From Dictyostelium discoideum (lineage: Eukaryota): 64,000 bases of DNA. A program made the translations under genes and the position numbers. Numbering within the stretch: position 1 is the first letter of the stretch; each line of letters opens with the position of its first letter. The stretch spans positions 5,152,001 to 5,216,000 of the forward strand of contig CM000151.3 in the NCBI GenBank assembly GCA_000004695.1, given 5' to 3'. Shown one piece after another: positions 61,410 through 64,000 of the stretch. Under the pieces are notes generated by a model, which made no database searches, was not told the origin of the DNA, and worked only from the letters and a program-made list of their open reading frames with translations.

Positions 61410-62440
61410 AGAATTAATAAATAATAATAATAATAATAATAATGATGAAAATTATAAAATTGAAGAAACAGAAGAATCATTAAAAGAACTATTAGAGAAA
61501 GAGAAATTGGAGAATGAAGAAAGAGAGAAAATTTTAAAAGAAAGAAATGAAATTGATAATTTAAAAAAGAAAAATCATTTATCAAAGGGATATTTTATGA
61601 GAGCATGTAATGCATCCAATGATGATGGATTGGAGGAAGAGGATATACCACTTCAAGATGAACATTGGGAAACCAATGTTATCGTGTTATTACCATGTAG
61701 ACATCATGTAAAGGTACCAGGTTCATCGAGTAGTTCAATTGATTCAATTAGACAATTGGCATGGGCAAGTGGTAAAATGCAAGGTCATTTAAATTTAGAA
61801 AAAGATGAGAAATTCTTTACACTACGTTGGTGTAATAAAGATGTGGTATTCGATCAAGATACGCCATTGGGTCATTTAATTCAGTATAATTTAAATTACA
61901 ATAATCCAACACAGAAACCAACAAATATTAAATTGGAATTGGTATTGGAGGATGAACTTTGTAAAGAGAGATTAGTGGATTTACAAAGTTTAGAAATTAA
62001 TAATGGTAGACCAAGCATTTGGAAATCTCATATCGATGATGTACTAAGTTTCAATAGAAAATTACGCGAGTTGGCAATGTTGGCAAAACCACAATCAAAT
62101 GTACCAGCTGCTCGTTTAACACCTTATCCACCACCAAAAACAATTCCAGAATTCTTTGTCATTCGTGTACATCTCTTTAAAAATCAAACTAAATCACTTC
62201 GTTGTGCTAATAATCATACAGCATTCTCTTTAATGACAATTCTATCTGAAAAACTTAAAAATACAACACCTTTTGATCCAACACAATATCGTTTCTTAAT
62301 AACTGGTATTAATCAATATGTTGATCCTAATGTACCATTATTATCAGTTGAATATATAGTTGAAAAAATTAAAAGAAAAGGTGAAATTGATTTAACAATG
62401 GTAGAATTATTAAGTTTAGGTTTAATTATACAACAACAGC

Positions 62441-62484
<44 letters not shown>

Positions 62485-64000
62485 ATAGAAAATATTGATG
62501 ATGAAAATATTTTAAAATTAAATAATGGAATTTTAAATGTTTTATCAAAAATTGAAAAACCAATTAGAGAAAAAGATAATTGTATTTCATCATTAACAGT
62601 TACAGAGAATTTACAAGTTAGATTATTACATGCTCATGAAATTTTTGCAAGTAAAGCATCAGAGATAATTGGTACAGATTCACCAAGTATTCAATTATTT
62701 ATTGAGGCAGCAGTTTATTTTGGTGGTGAATTATTAGCAACACAAAGTAGTAAATTGGTTAGTTTCCAAGATACAGTGGTTTGGAATGAATGGGTTAATA
62801 TTCCATTAGCAGTTTCAAATATTCCAAATGGTGCTAGAATGTGTTTAGGTTTAAATGCTAGATATAGAGGTGACATTTTTAATATTGGTTGGGTTGGTCA
62901 TCGTTTATTCGATTCAAAAGGTATACTAAATACTTTTGCACCATTCTCTCTATTATTATGGCCAGGTAAAATTAATCCAATTGGAACTTGTGTCGATAAT
63001 TTAGAGAGTAAAGATCAAGCGATTATCATTGCATTCGAATTTAAAGATTATGTTGTACCAAAAACAATTCACTATGAAGATGATTTAATAGAGTTAATTA
63101 GTAAAGACGAGAATGGCAATGAATTACCAGTGGTTACAATGGAGGAAATGGATAGAGTCGAGCAAATTATATTACAAGATCCACTCTATTCATTGAATAA
63201 AGAAGAGAGATTGTTAATTTGGAAATCAAGATACTTTTGTCATACGAAACCACAAGCATTATCAAAACTTTTACAATCAGTAGAATGGACAAATTATAAA
63301 CAAGTTGGTGAAGCTTTTCAATTATTAAAAATTTGGCCAACTTTATCGGCAGTCGATGCTTTAGAGTTATTGGATCCAAAGTTTGCAGATTGTGTTGAAA
63401 TTAGAGAATACGCCGTTAAATGTTTAGATCAAATGTCTGATTATGAATTGGAGATTTATATGCTTCAATTGGTACAAGCTATTAAACATGATGTTTTTCA
63501 TAACTCTGTATTAAGTTTATTCTTAATTGGTAGAGTTTGGCAAAATATGCAGGTTTTAGGTCACCCATTCTTTTGGCATTTACGTGCTGATATCGATAAT
63601 CAAGAGGTTTGTGAAAGATTTAGAGTGTTATCATCTGGTTTCTTACGTTATGCACCAACTCAATTAATGGAATCATTTAAACGTGAAATTACAACCCTTA
63701 GAATTTTAGAGAATTTAGCTAAACGTGTTAAAGAAGTACCTTATGAAAAGAGAAAACAATATGTTGAAAATAATTTACGTGAAGAGCAATCATTTCCAAC
63801 CGAATTATTTGTACCATTTGATCCTTCAATTCGGATTTTAAATATTATTCCAGAGAAATGTAAATCAATGGATTCAGCAAAGGTACCACTTTGGGTAACA
63901 TTTAAAAATGCTGATCCTTTTGCACCACCATTACAAATGATAGCAAAGACTGGTGATGATCTTAGACAAGATATTCTAACATTACAATTGTTGCGTCTAA
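59773..64000 (+). CDS. class I phosphatidylinositol 3-kinase catalytic subunit (5' part; gene continues beyond window)
   Basis: Exon 1 is 59773..60108 (MRQIVTGVIHQ...ATIDLLK, donor GTATTT). Exon 2 runs from 60274 (acceptor AAACAG) and stays open to the window end.
- Long N/S-rich N-terminus.
- Ras-binding-like region: PEFFVIRVHLFKNQTKSLRCANNHTAFSLMTILSEK.
- C2 domain: FNIGWVGHRLFDSKGILNTFAPFSLLLWPG.
- PIK helical domain: LLIWKSRYFCHTKPQALSKLLQSVEWTNYKQVGEAFQLLKIWP...DYELEIYMLQLVQAIKHD.
- Start of kinase domain: VPLWVTFKNADP...IAKTGDDLRQDILTLQLLRL. Confidence 0.8.

Overview
The window is extremely AT-rich (~78-80% A+T) nuclear DNA from a eukaryote. The features that point to a dictyostelid social amoeba, most likely Dictyostelium discoideum or a close relative, are: long in-frame poly-Asn/poly-Gln/poly-Thr codon runs in almost every gene; short (80-260 nt) AT-rich introns with GTAAGT/GTATGT donors and (T)nAG acceptors; an FNIP-repeat protein; and tRNA genes with a downstream external B box. 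I see no prokaryotic features (no operons, CRISPR arrays or mobile elements) and no recognisable transposon. By hand translation and splice-phase bookkeeping I resolve about 26 protein-coding genes and 2 tRNA genes.

Genes with a recognisable product:
- a PH/F-box/PH/RhoGAP protein (gacFF-like)
- a CAF1/PARN-family DEDDh deadenylase with an inserted CCCH zinc finger (TOE1-like)
- a protein with two tandem G10/Bud31-type cysteine motifs plus an RS/RD tail
- a TFIIB-like zinc-ribbon/cyclin-fold factor
- a USP10/Ubp3-type ubiquitin hydrolase
- an L-type (legume-like) lectin-domain protein
- a MYST histone acetyltransferase and a HAT1 histone acetyltransferase
- a plant-type O-methyltransferase
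- a MATH-domain protein
- an FNIP-repeat protein
- a 7-exon cytochrome P450
- a secreted protein with three MRH-like domains followed by a huge Ser/Asn/Glu 9-residue tandem array
- the 5' two-thirds of a class-I PI3-kinase, which runs off the window

The most unusual structure is a ~2.1-kb tandem duplication (26.7-28.85 kb and 28.85-30.9 kb). Each copy carries the USP 3' end, its flank, and a lectin gene. The two copies have decayed reciprocally: copy 1 keeps an intact USP but a lectin pseudogene whose body is inverted, and copy 2 keeps an intact lectin but only a USP fragment with deleted exons.

Limits: all domain calls come from reading motifs by eye. No database search, no tRNA-scanning program and no splice predictor was run. 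Minus-strand ORFs inside codon-repeat regions are treated as artefacts.
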